A DNA stretch of 64,000 nt from Tubiluchus corallicola. Taxonomy: Eukaryota > Animalia > Priapulida. The stretch covers positions 124,001 through 188,000 of the forward strand of contig JAQGDQ010000194.1 of NCBI GenBank assembly GCA_030141605.1, written 5' to 3'. The notes under the pieces are model-generated. The model was not told the origin of the DNA. It was given only the letters and a program-made list of their open reading frames with translations, and did not search any database. Shown piece by piece: positions 49,121 through 64,000 of the stretch (its first letter is position 1; every line of letters starts with the position of its first letter). A program made the position numbers and the translations under genes.

Positions 49121-52099
49121 ACTTTTGTTGTTACGTCTGCCTTTAGAAATCAACTGTCTGACCTTGTAGCCACAAGTACTTTATTTGTTGCTTGACTTGA
49201 CTTGGGGTCATCCCTGCAATTTCAAGATCTATTGCTACGTTAAGCTTCTTTCCTTGCTATTTTTATGTAAGATACACACGATCTCTCTTTCTTTGTATTT
49301 TATCGCCACCAATTTATACTGACAAATTTTTTACTAACAACTGGTTTTACTGGTTTTTTACTGGTTGAACCCTGGCCATTCCTTTGACGTAGTACGGCCA
49401 TTTACAAACCCGTTTCTTTTACCCGGACATACTGGGCCTACATGTATATCAGAAATTGTTTCTTTATTAATAACAGTCTCATTTACTTCAAGTAAAGTAT
49501 CAATAGGTGTTTGCTACAGCTGTGAAATTATGTTAAAAAAATTTCTGCACCAACATTGTGTTTTAGGTTTCTATCTGCAGCCATACACTGACGTGAACAG
49601 CCATTGACCTTGTATTATATATAAAAAACGAATTACTATGCTTTATGTTCACAAGAGTCATTTTTGCGTACAAGACACACAAGATATGTTTCATTACAAA
49701 ACGTCTGTTCACTACAAAGCAAAACTGAAATCTGGAAATTTCACGAACATTTTCAACAGTGACAGAATGGGTCATTGTTTTCTGTATCGTTTAATGTACA
49801 GGCATGTCTGCCAAATTTCATTTTCGTGCTTAAAATGTTTTTATGGTGAGTTGTTTGTTACGCCGCGAAATTTTCTGGTGGCTCGGATCCAAGCGTTCGC
49901 TTGCAAATTGAGTCGCGGTAACTGTCTTTCCAAATTAGTTAGATTGTCTACAGGAAACTAGCCCCCTCTGTTTAATGGCGATGCTGTGCATCTTGTCTCA
50001 GCTCTGATTTGTCCCCTGCATCATTTTTAGAGCCGATTTTGATCGCGCTTGATAAATACGGTACAGTGACAGACACAAATCAAGCACAATCAATACAGGC
50101 GTGCATGCGCAGTTACTGCTGGGTCTCAACAGATACGACTGTCTAACCAGGATCGCCTGCAAATAATTTACATAGCTACAGTGTTTTAGACTTTTGCCAA
50201 CTATAAAATATAGTTGTCTTTTTCGCGTTTACTTTTAACTAGTAGGCATTGTGGCGTTTGTCGAATAACCCTTAGAAACAGTGAATAATTTGCGTGAATT
50301 TGTTTTCTCCTGATAAACTTTGCTTGGATCGGTACTGGATGGTCAGTAGTCTGATTCGCATTTAAAAGCTTAAGGTAGGGCGTTGTGGGAATAATGAATG
50401 TGCTTGAAATGTGTAAATCCCCAAGCTATAAATTTCACAAAATGAGTAAAGTTAAAGCATTATACCCTTTAGCCTTTGTCTTTGTCTTTACTTGTCAATA
50501 CACTAATATTTAAGCAAATAAATTAAAAAATAATAATTAGGAACTGAGAAAAACCTGGACATAAAATTAACCATGACAATTTTTTTGCACAATCTGCATG
50601 AAACTGTTAGTCTCAATTATTATAATTGTTATTTATTTGAGTTTTCAAAAATAGCAATGGAATAAACAACCAAGCTGAAATCTATAACGTTTTCAGTAGA
50701 TAAAGACAAAACGGAGTTATTTTGTTGAATATTAAGAATACCAAAAACGGAAACTTATACGTATTGATGCTTACATAATGTGGCTGATAAATGGACACGC
50801 TCCAATTAATTATTCTCTTGAACGCTTACCTAAATGAGAAATGTATTATTATATTACTGTATTATTTATGATCTTAATCACAAGATTATTATTTATAATA
50901 GAATGAACCAATTGTTAATTTTTTTCAAATCAGATGTAGCTGACAGAACTTTCCTTATTGTTCAATGTCTTAATACCCTTTCTTTCGCTCAAGTTCTCAG
51001 ACTAATAATTATGATAATAATATCATACTTGTCATTAATAATCAAAAATAATTAATTTTCCACGCATTAATCTACGTTCTAAATTAGCTGCAAAAAATAA
51101 TGTAACCAGTTAGTAGTTACTAGTAAACTTGGGAATGCTAGACTCGCTGGTGAACTATCAGGAATGAATTAGGGCGTTCTTTGTCCACAAGACGTTGTTC
51201 GTAGCTATGAATGTTGTTTTGTGGTTTAATAATCCAGGCGTACTCCACACTTTTTAACATTCTGTTCTTTTTCACCATTTTTGATTTCAAAATGTAGCAA
51301 TTCCAAGTTAGTTCCATTATTATCCAGCGAATTCTTGTCTCAAGAAGCATTTTTTGTCAGCAGATTACCGTGCAGCTATACGGTATATGCCACGTAAATA
51401 CACGCTTTATTTTAACTGTCTAATGGACTGTTTGCTTTAAAGGAATACAGGACGATTTCTCAGAGCATATTGCATTTAAAATATAGTAAAAACCAGACGT
51501 TTGAAGCCACTACTGTGATTTATCTTGAAGTGAAAATAAGAAACAAACAGAAAAAAACAATTAAAATTACTAATATTATTTTTTGTGAGATTTTTTATGT
51601 TATTAATACTTAAAAATATTACTTAAAAAGGATACAATCATGCAGAAGAAACAGAGACACAGCGTATAAAAACATGGGGAAAATCACTGACGATAGAGGG
51701 AGAATAGAAATTAATGAGATGTCTAACAGAAATTCATAGATAGCTGTCAAACTGATTAGGTAAAAGGCAAACTAGCAAACCAGAATGGTCTATTGGTCAT
51801 TAGCAACTCAGGGAGTTGGAACGAGAAGACAAAAAAGTAAAACTGTTTGTAGCGAGAAGTCAGAAGATAGGAAGGAACACAATACAAGCAACTGTGCATC
51901 TGCGTTCAAATTAAATTTTATTCAATTGTAATTCAATTTTAATTAGGAACTGTACTTTTTGTAAATAAATAAATTAGGAACTCAATAAATAAATAAATAA
52001 CAAATTGTGAATTAGCACTATCATTAATAATAATCTTGATAATTATTAAGGTTGTAAATAATTATGTAACAACACAACAAACAGTTCTAACCAGCTTTT

Positions 52100-52589
52100 A
52101 AGCAAAGGCAATTTTAAAGTATGTCCCACAAAAAGCTTTCCGTACTTTTATAAAAGTTATATTATTTGTATTAAGCTTACCTGTTTGAAATACTTATGTA
52201 AAAAGAAAAGAAGATACTTGGTAATAAAATGGTCGCGCCAACTGGTAAAACGTCATTGACTCATATTCCCAGTGTGCACCACTGATTCTTTTGAAGCGTT
52301 ATTAATCTCACTGACAAGATAAAGTAATTTGTACTTTTGCTTAGTTAGTGCAGGGTGCTCTACGAATGCTCTGATTATTTTTTTAAACTTGTTAACTAAA
52401 CTTGTTTCGAACGACCTATCGTCGAAATGGGTGTGTCTAACAGTCATTGCGGGAATTTAAATTTCAAGTTTTATATAGTACTGCTGCGAATACAACCTCT
52501 GTGCGCAATAAGACAGTATGTAGGTGACACAACACGATTTAAGACGAATTTTTGAGCTTTATGCAAGTAAAAGGTTTCTCTGCCCTTAA
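52100..52589. mobile_element. Non-autonomous DNA element copy 2 (possibly Kolobok-like)
   Basis: Diverged homology to 54910-55384 and 16380-18071; ends ...GCCC|TTAA. Confidence 0.55.
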
Positions 52590-53289
52590 GGGCGCCATGG
52601 GTGAGTACAGAGGGCATTATAATATGTACGTAAACAGGACGTTACGTCGCATGAGTATTATATCGCATTAGCTAAACGCTAGAAGAAATATCGCTAATCT
52701 AGTTTTTGCTTACACTAAATGAATTGCTTACGTCTGTAGACATATTTTTATCCCAATTAAAATGCTTGACTGCGAATTTCGAATTTCTATAAAATTTATC
52801 GGACACTACACTAGACTGTAGTTTTCTGTTGCTGAAATTTTCTATAAGTTTACCCCTTTCGGTTTGTCCATTATTGGGCTATTCCATAAAAAATGTGCAT
52901 TTTTTTATTTTATAAAAATGTGTTTGTTATTTTGCATCATAGGATTCATCTACGTTTTGACCGAAGCTATACAGAACTGAATTGCAATTGACTCCTTCAT
53001 TATATAAATGTAGCGACAAGTGCGGCTAGGACAATTATCAGACAGGATAGGAATATAGATTTACAGCTTTAATTTATATCTATTTTATCCACTATTTTGA
53101 CAAAACTGAAAAGTAGCAATCTGGGTAGAGTAACTCGACAAAAACGTGTTGATTTCTTGACTTTAAGAAAAGACCGCACCTTCAAGGATCACTTTTATAG
53201 TGTATGTCGCAAGAGGCACAGACAAAACTGAGCACCAGAAGAATTTCTTTTATACATCAATATTTCAAGAGATATTTCATATTTGCAAA

Positions 53290-54469
53290 TCGTATATATT
53301 AATTTTGGTGGTATGTTCTATATATATAAACCTCGTTTATTTTTCGAATCGGGCCCACCGGGAGGAACGGGGGCCGAAAAACCTCCCAAAACGCCCTTTT
53401 TGACCGTTTTTCTCAAAAAATTGCAAGACTTATACCTCTTATTTCTAGAGAATGGGAACCTGCCGAGGGCGGTGCCGGTAATGGTTGAATAGCCCGTTCA
53501 ACGGTGGGTGTAATAGTATTATTTAGATTTTGCGGGAGGGCAAATAAAACCCGGTACGGCAATTTTCCCGGACCCAACCCGCAAATTTTGCTGAAAACTG
53601 CTCAAACAGCCTCTAGAAAAACTCAATTTGTGCAAATGTTTGGGCATGTTGGGAAAAAATAAGCACACCCGCAGAAAGAACACGAAATGGTCCACAAAAT
53701 GTTGAAGGTTTTACTGGGAGAGAGGTCCATTATACGAAACCGGAAGGGTGTATTTCGAAGTTCTTTTTCAACCCTCCTATGCTGCACGCTATTTGGAACA
53801 TCCATTGTCTTTGAGTTTGAGAAATTTCGTGGCTGTTCCAGCCATTGTCTCCACCCGTCGTTCTACAGTGGTATAGACTTTACATGTAAGTAAGTTGTGT
53901 AGTCTATTACCATGTGAGAACCGGCAAACAAAACCATATGGAATGTTTGCGCATTATTGATCATTGGTAAACAGACTAAGAGCATTTATTATAGCACACA
54001 GTTTCGACTTTGTGCAAAATGTTTTGCATGGTTTTGCTGTGATGCTGTACTGTTGGTGTAGGTGCTGTAGGTGTCGTCATCACTGTCGTCATCATCATCA
54101 TAGTCATCAACATCATGATCATCATATGAAGTGGTGTGTGTGCTGTGAATGGTGTGCTGTGGGTGTTGTGTTGTGGATGGTATGGTGGGGTTGGGTGGTA
54201 GGGTGGGTGTGGTGTGGTGTTGGTAGAGTGGTGTGGTGTGGTGGGTGTGGTGTGGTGTACAGTGGTGTGGCATGGGTGGTGAGCTATGATGTGGATGGTG
54301 TGATGTTGTGGTATGGTGTGGGTCATGTGTTGTGACTGGAGTGGTGGGTTGGTGTTGTATGGTGTGTTGTAGGTGGTGTTTTGTGAGTGGGAAGGTGGGT
54401 GGTTGTGTGCTGTGGTGTGGGTTGTTGTTGTGAGTTTATGCGCAAAATTCTTTTGCGGGGTTTGGCTAG
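53290..54469 (+). mobile_element. Non-autonomous Helitron H4 (sister family with GT-rich 3' part)
   Basis: A^TCGTATAT 5' end; 5' block shared with H1-H3; 3' CGCAAAA-TTC-TTTTGCG-GGGTTTGG-CTAG^T. Confidence 0.85.
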
Positions 54470-54909
54470 TATTAAATTAATCTTCTTGAGAAATTCGCCA
54501 GGAATAGTTAGGAATATGACGACATAAAACATAATTTTTGTCTCATTACTAGTACGTATTTTTATTACTTTGTTGTTCGACGGATTCGACTCAGATCGCT
54601 ACTTTCAATACACAGATTTACTGAAACGAATTTTGCATCGACTGACCGAGTCGGATTCTCGATCTGTCATTTGATTTCAAGATGGCGGCTATAATATAAT
54701 TTTAGAAAAAACTTAAAGAACAAGAACAGAGGTGCCAGAAGTATGTTTCAAAAAATCGTCTTAAAAAATTATATTGCTTTACAGCACTTTTATGCGTATA
54801 TCGTACCCGCGTTAAAAGGAATGTTATTTGTTTTCATTTTAGATCTCCCGCAATACTGTTCCGACAGCGTCATTACATGACGTCACTTATGCAAATGTAA
54901 ATCAGGGAA

Positions 54910-55384
54910 AAAAGGCAATGTTAAATTATGTCCCAAAAAACTTTCCATGCAAGTCTACGTTACTCAGCATTTCGCTTACCTGCTGGAAAAACTTATGTAA
55001 ATAGAAATAATAATTTAAAATGTTCGTGCCTATTGGTAAACTGTTGCTGGCTCACTCTCCAGGGTGCGCCACTCATTGACCAAAAACGTATTTTTAATCT
55101 TACTGACAAGATACATTAACTTAAAATTTTACTTAGTTAGTAATATGTGTGTTACGAATGCTGTGATTATTTTTTCAAACTTTTTCAATGTTATCTATAC
55201 TTATATCAAACGACATCCCATTAAAATGCGCCTAGCGGTCATCGCGGGAGTTTAAACTTATATGTTTTATACAGCATTACGGCGACTCAAGCCATGCATG
55301 CAAAAAGGCAGTATGTAAGTGGTGTAAAATTTCCGGACGAATTTTTTTAGCCTTATGTAACTGGAGGGTTTTCTTGTGCTTTAA
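54910..55384. mobile_element. Non-autonomous DNA element copy 3 (possibly Kolobok-like)
   Basis: Ends GGAGGGTTTTCTTGTGCT|TTAA. A YY end next to TTAA fits Kolobok rules, but the other terminus was not located. It contains the empty RTE target site at about 55232-55248. Confidence 0.6.
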
Positions 55385-56299
55385 GGCTCTGCCAGTTTGC
55401 AATGAATCGTCTCGAAACTTTATAGGAATACGCTAGGGCGAATTCCACCTATCGACTTACGGAAGTAGCATTTGCGATCTGCCATTTTGAATTGGTGGCA
55501 ACAACGTCATTTTAAAAAAAACCCTAAAGGTCTACCTACTTGCTTTGGATTGTCATGAACTTTTACCAACACATACTAGAATGAATTCTCCATCGATTGA
55601 GAAGTCAATTTTCTGCATTCGATTTTCTATTTGCTGTCTTGAATTCAAGATTGCAAATCACCTCTTGACCAATAAAAAAGTTCGTGTCGAAATTGTTTTT
55701 TGCGATATCATCAGGTGCTTTACATAATGTTTTCACGATGGTCTCATGGTGGTTCTTTTCACGATGGTTTTCACGGTATTGCTTTGATGTTCTGGCACAG
55801 GTAATATCCTACAGATGCAATCAGATGTAGCTTTGGACAAGCTGAAAATGCACACCTGCAATTATATAAACGCCGATGTCGTAAACTTAATCCTGGAACA
55901 CTGAGCTTTATACATAGTTATGATTTCTGCAAACTCAGGTCTTTATAGCATTGCAATGTTTCTATTAATGAGATGCCATTTTTCTCAGGTTTTCAATCCG
56001 TTTTCCTTGTAAATTGCATAGCGTGATTGTGAAAATAGACGTTGTTGCAGCGAGCCCAGAATTGTACTGTTGTCCGCAGGCGATATTTTCTTTCACCGAT
56101 TTCAAGCTTACTGGTAATATGCAGGCCGTTGTCCTTCCATCCCACATGAATTAACTCTTTTTACTTGGAGCACAATTTGTCTTTATCCTTCATTTACAGC
56201 ACCAGGTCTACAGTTCATCACAACACTCTTGAGTCTTGAACAATCTACTATTTATTTCTTCCTCTATGACTACAATGCCGCCGTGGCTAATTTATACAC

Positions 56300-57560
56300 A
56301 TCATATCTATCACTAATATGTATTCTACCTTAAATTCAAATATAATAACAATAGAAGGGAACGTGCAGATCCTTAGAGGCTGCTTTACTACAAACTGCTG
56401 ATAAATAATCATAAGTTTTAAAGCTTAGTTTTGTTCTCAATTTAGACATTTCGCAATCTGTCAAGCGGGTTAAAGTAACATCTATTTGATGGTGTGGCAT
56501 CATTTTCACGTGGCTGCAACATTTCACGGAAGGTTGGGTAGGGGATTTGTAATGACAGAATGTAGCATATGGAGTTAGAGGATTCGAGCACAGTGTGGAT
56601 ATTCCATTATTCTGATGTGTATTTAGCCACTTCTTTGGTATACTCCTCCCAGTCTAAGATTGAAAAAAAGTCACACAAAGTCTTTCTGACATTAAATATG
56701 TCAAGTCAGTCTCGACCCTAATTTAAATCAGTTGAAGATCCCTTTCAAGTATGTGAAAATTTTTTAAGCCGGAGCTGCAGAGTGGGATACTGTAGTAAGT
56801 ACTGTGTATATAGGTCTATAGAGAGGTCACGTCAACATAGACAGCAAGCTCAGAATGTCTGGTTGATGGAGTCTGCCGGATCGTGAGAAAGAATACAAAC
56901 AGAGCCATATCTGACGGAATCAGTACAGAGCCTTTACATACACCAAAGAGCATTCTACGCGGAAAACTGCCTTTTATAAATAACTTGCATGTTGTAAGAT
57001 GTGACGACATAAAGCTGAGTGCCATCTAATTGAAGTTTTTAGAGCAGATCTTTGTGATAGACCTGAATGAAAGTCCTAGATATGTCACCAGCAATTAACC
57101 TAACTTTTGGCATTCTAAAGCTCTATTAATATGCTCAGTGCTTTTCAAGAACAAGCCAGCAGTGAAGAGAAAAAGGAAGGGCGAAAGCCGTACTGTACGT
57201 CAGCAAGAAGATCATTATTGTCCAAAAAACTCAGTTAGTATGATTTCAAAGACTTTACTATGATTGGTAGCAGGCTAATGGGGCGTTTATTCAATGGATC
57301 TGATTTCTCACAACTGCTGTGAGCTGTTGCTGAATAGCCTGACTTGCACGGAAGACAGTTCACGCTTCCACACCTAAGTTAAAACAACAGAATTCTATCA
57401 TGTCCAGAAACTGTCCCGAAGATTTATTCTGAATTAGGAATCAGCTCAGTATACGGGGAAATGTTTTCCAATCTAACCACTAGTTGGAAATTAAACCGTG
57501 AATTAGTTTTGCGTTTCTGAACTTTGCGGTTTTTTGGCGTTTGGCCATTCAATGCTGCTT
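56300..57560 (-). mobile_element. Decayed CR1/L2-type LINE RT region
   Basis: The minus strand has RPISLLPII..VFE and GVCKGSVLIP (equivalent to GVPQGSVLGP), plus remnants further 3'. Confidence 0.65.
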
Positions 57561-57879
57561 CTATAAGTTTGTAAAATGGTTTGTGTGAGCAATAGTAATT
57601 GCATACAAAAAAGGAAGTCTTGGCTGGAAATTTGGCTGGAGCTGAAATGTATATGACAGTATGAGTTGATTTATAACCACTTTGATCTCGTTCACAATTC
57701 TAGAAACACCAAGAGAGATGACACTATCCCAGAATACATCGTCAGGGTAGGACGAAATGTCTTTGAGTTTTTGATTAGAAAAAGGTCAATTCAATTTTTT
57801 ATTTTTGTTTAGACTTCCCCTAACGCGTGTTAAAGTATGCTATACATTACTATAAAAATGCGTAAGTTACTCCAGTCAG

Positions 57880-58210
57880 TCTCAGGTAAGTCATGTGGTA
57901 CGTATATTTCGTTTCATATTGTTGAGGCCAAGAGGTCCATGGTTCAATACTGTACACACAGCCAGAAGTGACGACGCAAATATGCGAATTGAACAAGAAA
58001 TTTATAAGAAGAAGCTGCCAGGTTTCAATCACGTGTGCCTCATGCTGGACGCGATTACAGAACATGTGCTTAGCTAGTAAACGCACCTGGTCCGGCTATC
58101 TACTGAATCGACGAGGCAATTCCATAGTGTTGGTTCTATACCTGGTATTCAACGCCGCTATGCAATGGCTACGCACAGATGATGCCATCACAATGTGGGG
58201 GGGGGGGCGA
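57880..58210 (+). mobile_element. Possible SINE (tRNA-like head)
   Basis: B-box-like GGTTCAATAC after GAGGTCCAT, followed by a GC-richer body. Confidence 0.3.
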
Positions 58211-59379
58211 AAATAATTGGCATTTTGTCCCCGCAGCATTATTATTACACGTGGCTGCTTTTATGTGGGTATGACAACATGGCAACATCTACGTCACATT
58301 GCTGAACTCATTAGTAGATAAAAATAATAATAAGATCGCTGAACCACATACAGAAATATCTAACATATCAATTAGAGAGACAGATTGAAATATTTGGTGC
58401 TGCTCAACTTCAATCCGCTGTAGCTACCAAGAAAGCATTGTGTAACGGAGAGAAACACATATGTATGAGACTGGAAAGTAGACGATTTTAAACATAATAT
58501 CTATTTAGTTTATGTTTTCTACAATGTAGTAGATGTTGCATGCACGGTGTTATTTTGACAAATGACTGCGGCATTAATGCCTATCGTGCTGGATCAATAT
58601 AGACCTAAGCAGGAATGTTGGTTACAGCTATAGCTGTTTTGTGATTTTTGCTGTGATTAAATGTACGCACGGGCCTAAATGAGAAAAGAATGGCTCCTGT
58701 ATTTTATCTAACGCCATAGGTGCAGAAATCTGTGCCAAGTTGTACGCTGATATGAAACCTTTCTGGCGCTGAGACTTTGCTTGTTGAAAAAAAGCATAAA
58801 AATTAAAAAAACTAACAAATCTCACCGATAATAATATCCGAGGGCTAGTAAAATGACATTCACAAATTAACTAGTTTTTAGAAACTGAAGTGATTAGCTC
58901 TGATGCAACCAACTAAGCCAGTTTAAAGATACAGTCTAGGGTTTCGGAGTATATGTTTTGTTTTTCAGGTTAAGTGAGCCTAAGTCATAGACACTGACAT
59001 GTTTGAACCTTTCACAATAATTTCTTAAAAATATTTGTGGGTACCTGTATAGCTGTGAACAGGCTACTGAGTATACCTATGCAAAATGTGACAACTCTTG
59101 AAAACGAATAGTTTGATTTTTGTGATTTTTCTAGCTACCTGACAGTGACAGAAGAGAAGTATTAATATTAGTACAGATTACATCTTAATGACAAGAATAA
59201 TGGCAATAAATATCAAAAAAGCCCATAATACAAAATCTTTCTTCTTTCATTTTCCTTGCTTTTTAATTGTGGATTTTTTATACAAAGTTTTAGTCTTTTG
59301 TAACGAACTCTGCCCAGTCTTGATTTCATGGAAGATGAGAGAAACAGTTGAGTGTTATCAACGCTCAGCGACCGAAGTT

Positions 59380-59770
59380 AAGCAGCGTCATGCAAAGTTA
59401 CAATCATTCCTTACTAAGTTGTGGAATGGCTTACCTAAAAATATTCAGGAGGCTGCTAGTTTAAGATCATTTAAAAACTTGATTAAACCTTGGTATGGTG
59501 AAATATGGTTAAACCTTGGTGTGAAACTGTAAATGTTCATATTGTGCATATAATCTTGTCAACTTGAATAAGTGATAATTTTATGATTCTGAATAGTGGC
59601 TAAAATTTATTGCTGTCATGATTTTCACTTTCTAGTTGTTACATTTTTATTTAATTGTGTATTTTAAAGATATCATTTTACTTTGTATGTATCGATTATA
59701 GTACCTTCGACTAATGTTCTCTGTTTTAAACATCGACAATATATAAAGTGTCTTATCTTATCTTATCTTA
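59380..59770 (+). mobile_element. L2/CR1 LINE 3' end with (TCTTA)n tail
   Basis: LWNGLPKNIQEAASLRSFKNLIKPW and CKCSYC; the tail is at 59750-59770. Confidence 0.7.
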
Positions 59771-61613
59771 TGCTTGAGAAAATGAATGACCGCCAGGAAA
59801 ACTGATTTCATCTGCCATATTGCTACCAACTATTTACCCTCTTTCAGCAAGGGCGTAAGTTTAGACACTTCTACCGGTTTAGTGTGTCATATTTGAGGCT
59901 GTCCTTAATAATTGTTAATAAAATACCGGGTCCGCCATACAAATCTACATTGAGATTGCCCTGGTCTTGACGGCTATTTTTAGTTTTTCGCTTGCCGAGA
60001 TGTATAAAATTTCGATGGTTTTTCAAAAGATTAGTCATGCTGTTTTTCGTTCAGATAACTTAAAAAACCAGCTTAACAATGGTCATACGAATGTTGTGCA
60101 ATTGTCGTTGTCTGCATTTGAATGCCGTTGTCGTTGAATTTGCTTGCACTATCGTTGTTGTTAAAATAGTCATCGCTTAAGCAAAATAGCATACTACATC
60201 CCTATTTTAGCTTAACATACATATGATTTGAATCTGTTGATTGGCTATGGACTGGCCTACCTAACCCTAATCAAAGCATCTAATTAGGTACTTAATTTTG
60301 CCAGAATCGCGCGCTAAATATTTATGAAGCGCTTAGCGAGCTGTGCGCCAAATGGGTAATTATGATTCGACAAATGGATGAACAGGTAGCTCTAAGCCAG
60401 AAAGCCCTGCAAAATGTCAATAAAGCGTCTACTAGTGCGCAAATATTACATTGCTGATACGGGTGGGGTGTAAAATATACACATATATTTCTTATATTGA
60501 CGAAAGGCCTGTTGTAAATCGCAGGGGTGATGTAATGTGATAGAACTATAATGATCATAATAATGCAAAATTTATAGTTACAGTTACATTTTTTTTGTTT
60601 AACGTCGGTTTGCAGTACAAAAAGTATTAGTCTGTAAAGATTAATTTCCGACAAAGAGAGGACAGGGACATTTGGAGGATTACACTCTACATTACACACC
60701 TGGACTGGTAGTGTCATATTAAATGTATCATCCTGTAAATGCCTCTGAAAATAATAAAGGCACAGTCGTTAGATATGCTGAACATCGTGAGCAGTTCTTC
60801 AGCCCAAGAAGCGAATGCAGCTAGTCTGATTACGAGTCAAGCATGCAACGGGCTGCTACGTACCACCAGCCAACCAGCTATCTGGCCTTATAGCTAATTC
60901 TTATAGCGCCATGAGAAAACTGCTGGTTTCAGTTCCAAAGGAGGGAAAATTAAGGTTTTTTTTGGTAAATCTAATCTGTAAGATCTCTACGCAGTGCTAA
61001 CGTTAAGATTCCTTATATAGTAGTCTTTCTTACGTTCAACAGATTCGCAAGCCACTAGGATTCACAATTTTCATTATGCTAAAGTGAAATGATTTTCCGT
61101 AAAACATCGAGTCAGTTTATCTTAGTTTATCGAGTCAACTTAGGTTAACTATGTAATAACTGACCGATTCACTTCATACCTTATAGTTGCAGATGCTACT
61201 GCTGTTGCTATGTCGATGATTGTATTAATAATAATTTTTTCAGGTAGTAATTAGTAATTTTTAAAGTTAATTAAATACTAATTCCTTTATGCACGCTAAA
61301 ACCAACTTTGAACATTCATGTTACTTGCACAGGGTGCATTTTAAGTTTTTGGAAGACAGAAAAAAACCGAAGGATTTATATATGGGTAGCTCGCAATTCA
61401 AGCTTCTTTGATGTAACACCGCCTCGCTCACTGTGCGTCTCTCATAAGCGGATGCTGTCAGCATTGATCCCAGAGCAGCGCAATCTGCTCAAATTAGCGA
61501 ATCTATGGGCGCGACTGCTAGATGTGCACGGTTGACAGAACGTTTCTACAATCATATTAAATAGAGGGTGAAAACGACAAGTGGAAGCAGAAAGAGAGAC
61601 AGGGAGACAGTGC

Positions 61614-62976
<1,363 letters not shown>

Positions 62977-63219
62977 AGCAGCTGCGTATTATTATAGAAC
63001 TTTTTTTCTTAATAAAAAGTTGATATTAATGTTTTCAATTATATTTTGCAATTGTATGAATTTTTGTGCAGAAAATTCCAAATAAAGTGGCCAGAGATAG
63101 GAAAATTTGTGAGAACGACAAGAGAAACGGTTTATTCTGGTAGTGATAGACACCAGCACAAAAATAATAAGGTATGCGATAATAAGAAATAAGAAATAAT
63201 AAGAAAGGAAATTGCAAAC

Positions 63220-64000
63220 AAACGATAGGACGTTGGCCTTTGTTGGGCAGAATGATGGGTAAAATTACAAGGGAACCTTTTCAATATAAACATCATGCAA
63301 GTACATGCATCAGTTCTGGACAATTCAGAAGAAGTTGAAGATTTCTATGAAAATGTCCACAAAACTCATGGCTTATGCAAAGTCAGATGAAGTAAATGCA
63401 CTGATGGGTGACTTTAGTGCTAAAGTTGGATAGAATCTAGATTATCGGCCAGATGACAGTCGGACTTGGTAACAGAAATGAAGGAGCATCAGAACTCATA
63501 GAATTCTGCAATGAGTTCATAACTAATCCTTATGAACACAACGTTTAAGTATCACCCGAGGTACTTATGTACATGAAAAATTCCTGGTAATTCATTTTCT
63601 ATTTAAGTGGACTTCATTATAATCTATCGAAGAACTTGAAACAGTGTAAAAAACGTGAAAACTTATTGGGTCAAGAGCAAATATTCAGTCACAAATTAAT
63701 CCTGTATGAATGTAAAGTTGAATGAACAGAGATAACAAACAGATTTTCAATTCTTGTAAATGATGAAAACGTGCAAGGTGTGGATATCGAGGAAAGCTGG
63801 GAGGATATGAAAGAGGCATTCAACAAGGAAAATGTATTGCCTAAGAAAGAGAGAAAAGCAAAACCATAGTTGGATGACAGATGACATTTCGAACTAAATG
63901 AATGAAACGAATGCTGCGAAACAGATACATCCGGTCGGTTAAAGAAGTCTCAATAACAGAATTGATGAAGAAATGTTCTGGAATAAGAAATGTGGAGAGT
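63220..64000 (+). mobile_element. Decayed RTE-clade LINE, endonuclease region
   Basis: IMQVHAS...EEVEDFYENV, LMGDFSAKVG, GLGNRNEG and WMTDD, with stops and frameshifts. Confidence 0.75.

Noticed and set aside
50040-50063. Tc1/mariner-type TIR end (ATAAATACGG|TA)
   Set aside because: The matching opposite end was not found.
60700-60745. Possible minus-strand micro-exon (TTTTCAG|...CAG|GTGTGT)
   Set aside because: The splice-like signals have no recognisable product or partner exons.

Overview
AT-rich, intron-containing animal (invertebrate-like) genomic DNA; nothing in it looks prokaryotic. Two host genes lie on the + strand. (1) The last six coding exons of a homeodomain-interacting protein kinase (HIPK; 1-4269), followed by about 6 kb of apparently transposon-free, U-rich sequence that is probably its 3' UTR. 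(2) A complete 12-coding-exon organic anion transporting polypeptide of the OATP4/SLCO4 type (19070-33076; 682 aa by my exon assembly, all phases compatible), whose last intron appears to be GC-AG. The rest is a dense transposon landscape: a young 5'-truncated RTE LINE with a target-site duplication, several decayed CR1/L2/RTE-type LINEs, a decayed Penelope-like element, a solo LTR with a 5-bp TSD, four related non-autonomous Helitrons (all A^TC...hairpin-CTAG^T), MITE- and SINE-like pieces, and mini/microsatellites. The strongest mechanistic observation is a chimeric Helitron (38128-40091): its own terminator is mutated (CTAG to CTAT) and it ends at the 3' terminus of a sister family, and representatives of both parental types are present in this window. 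I see no evidence for a new protein-coding system. Family names come from motif recall, not database searches.
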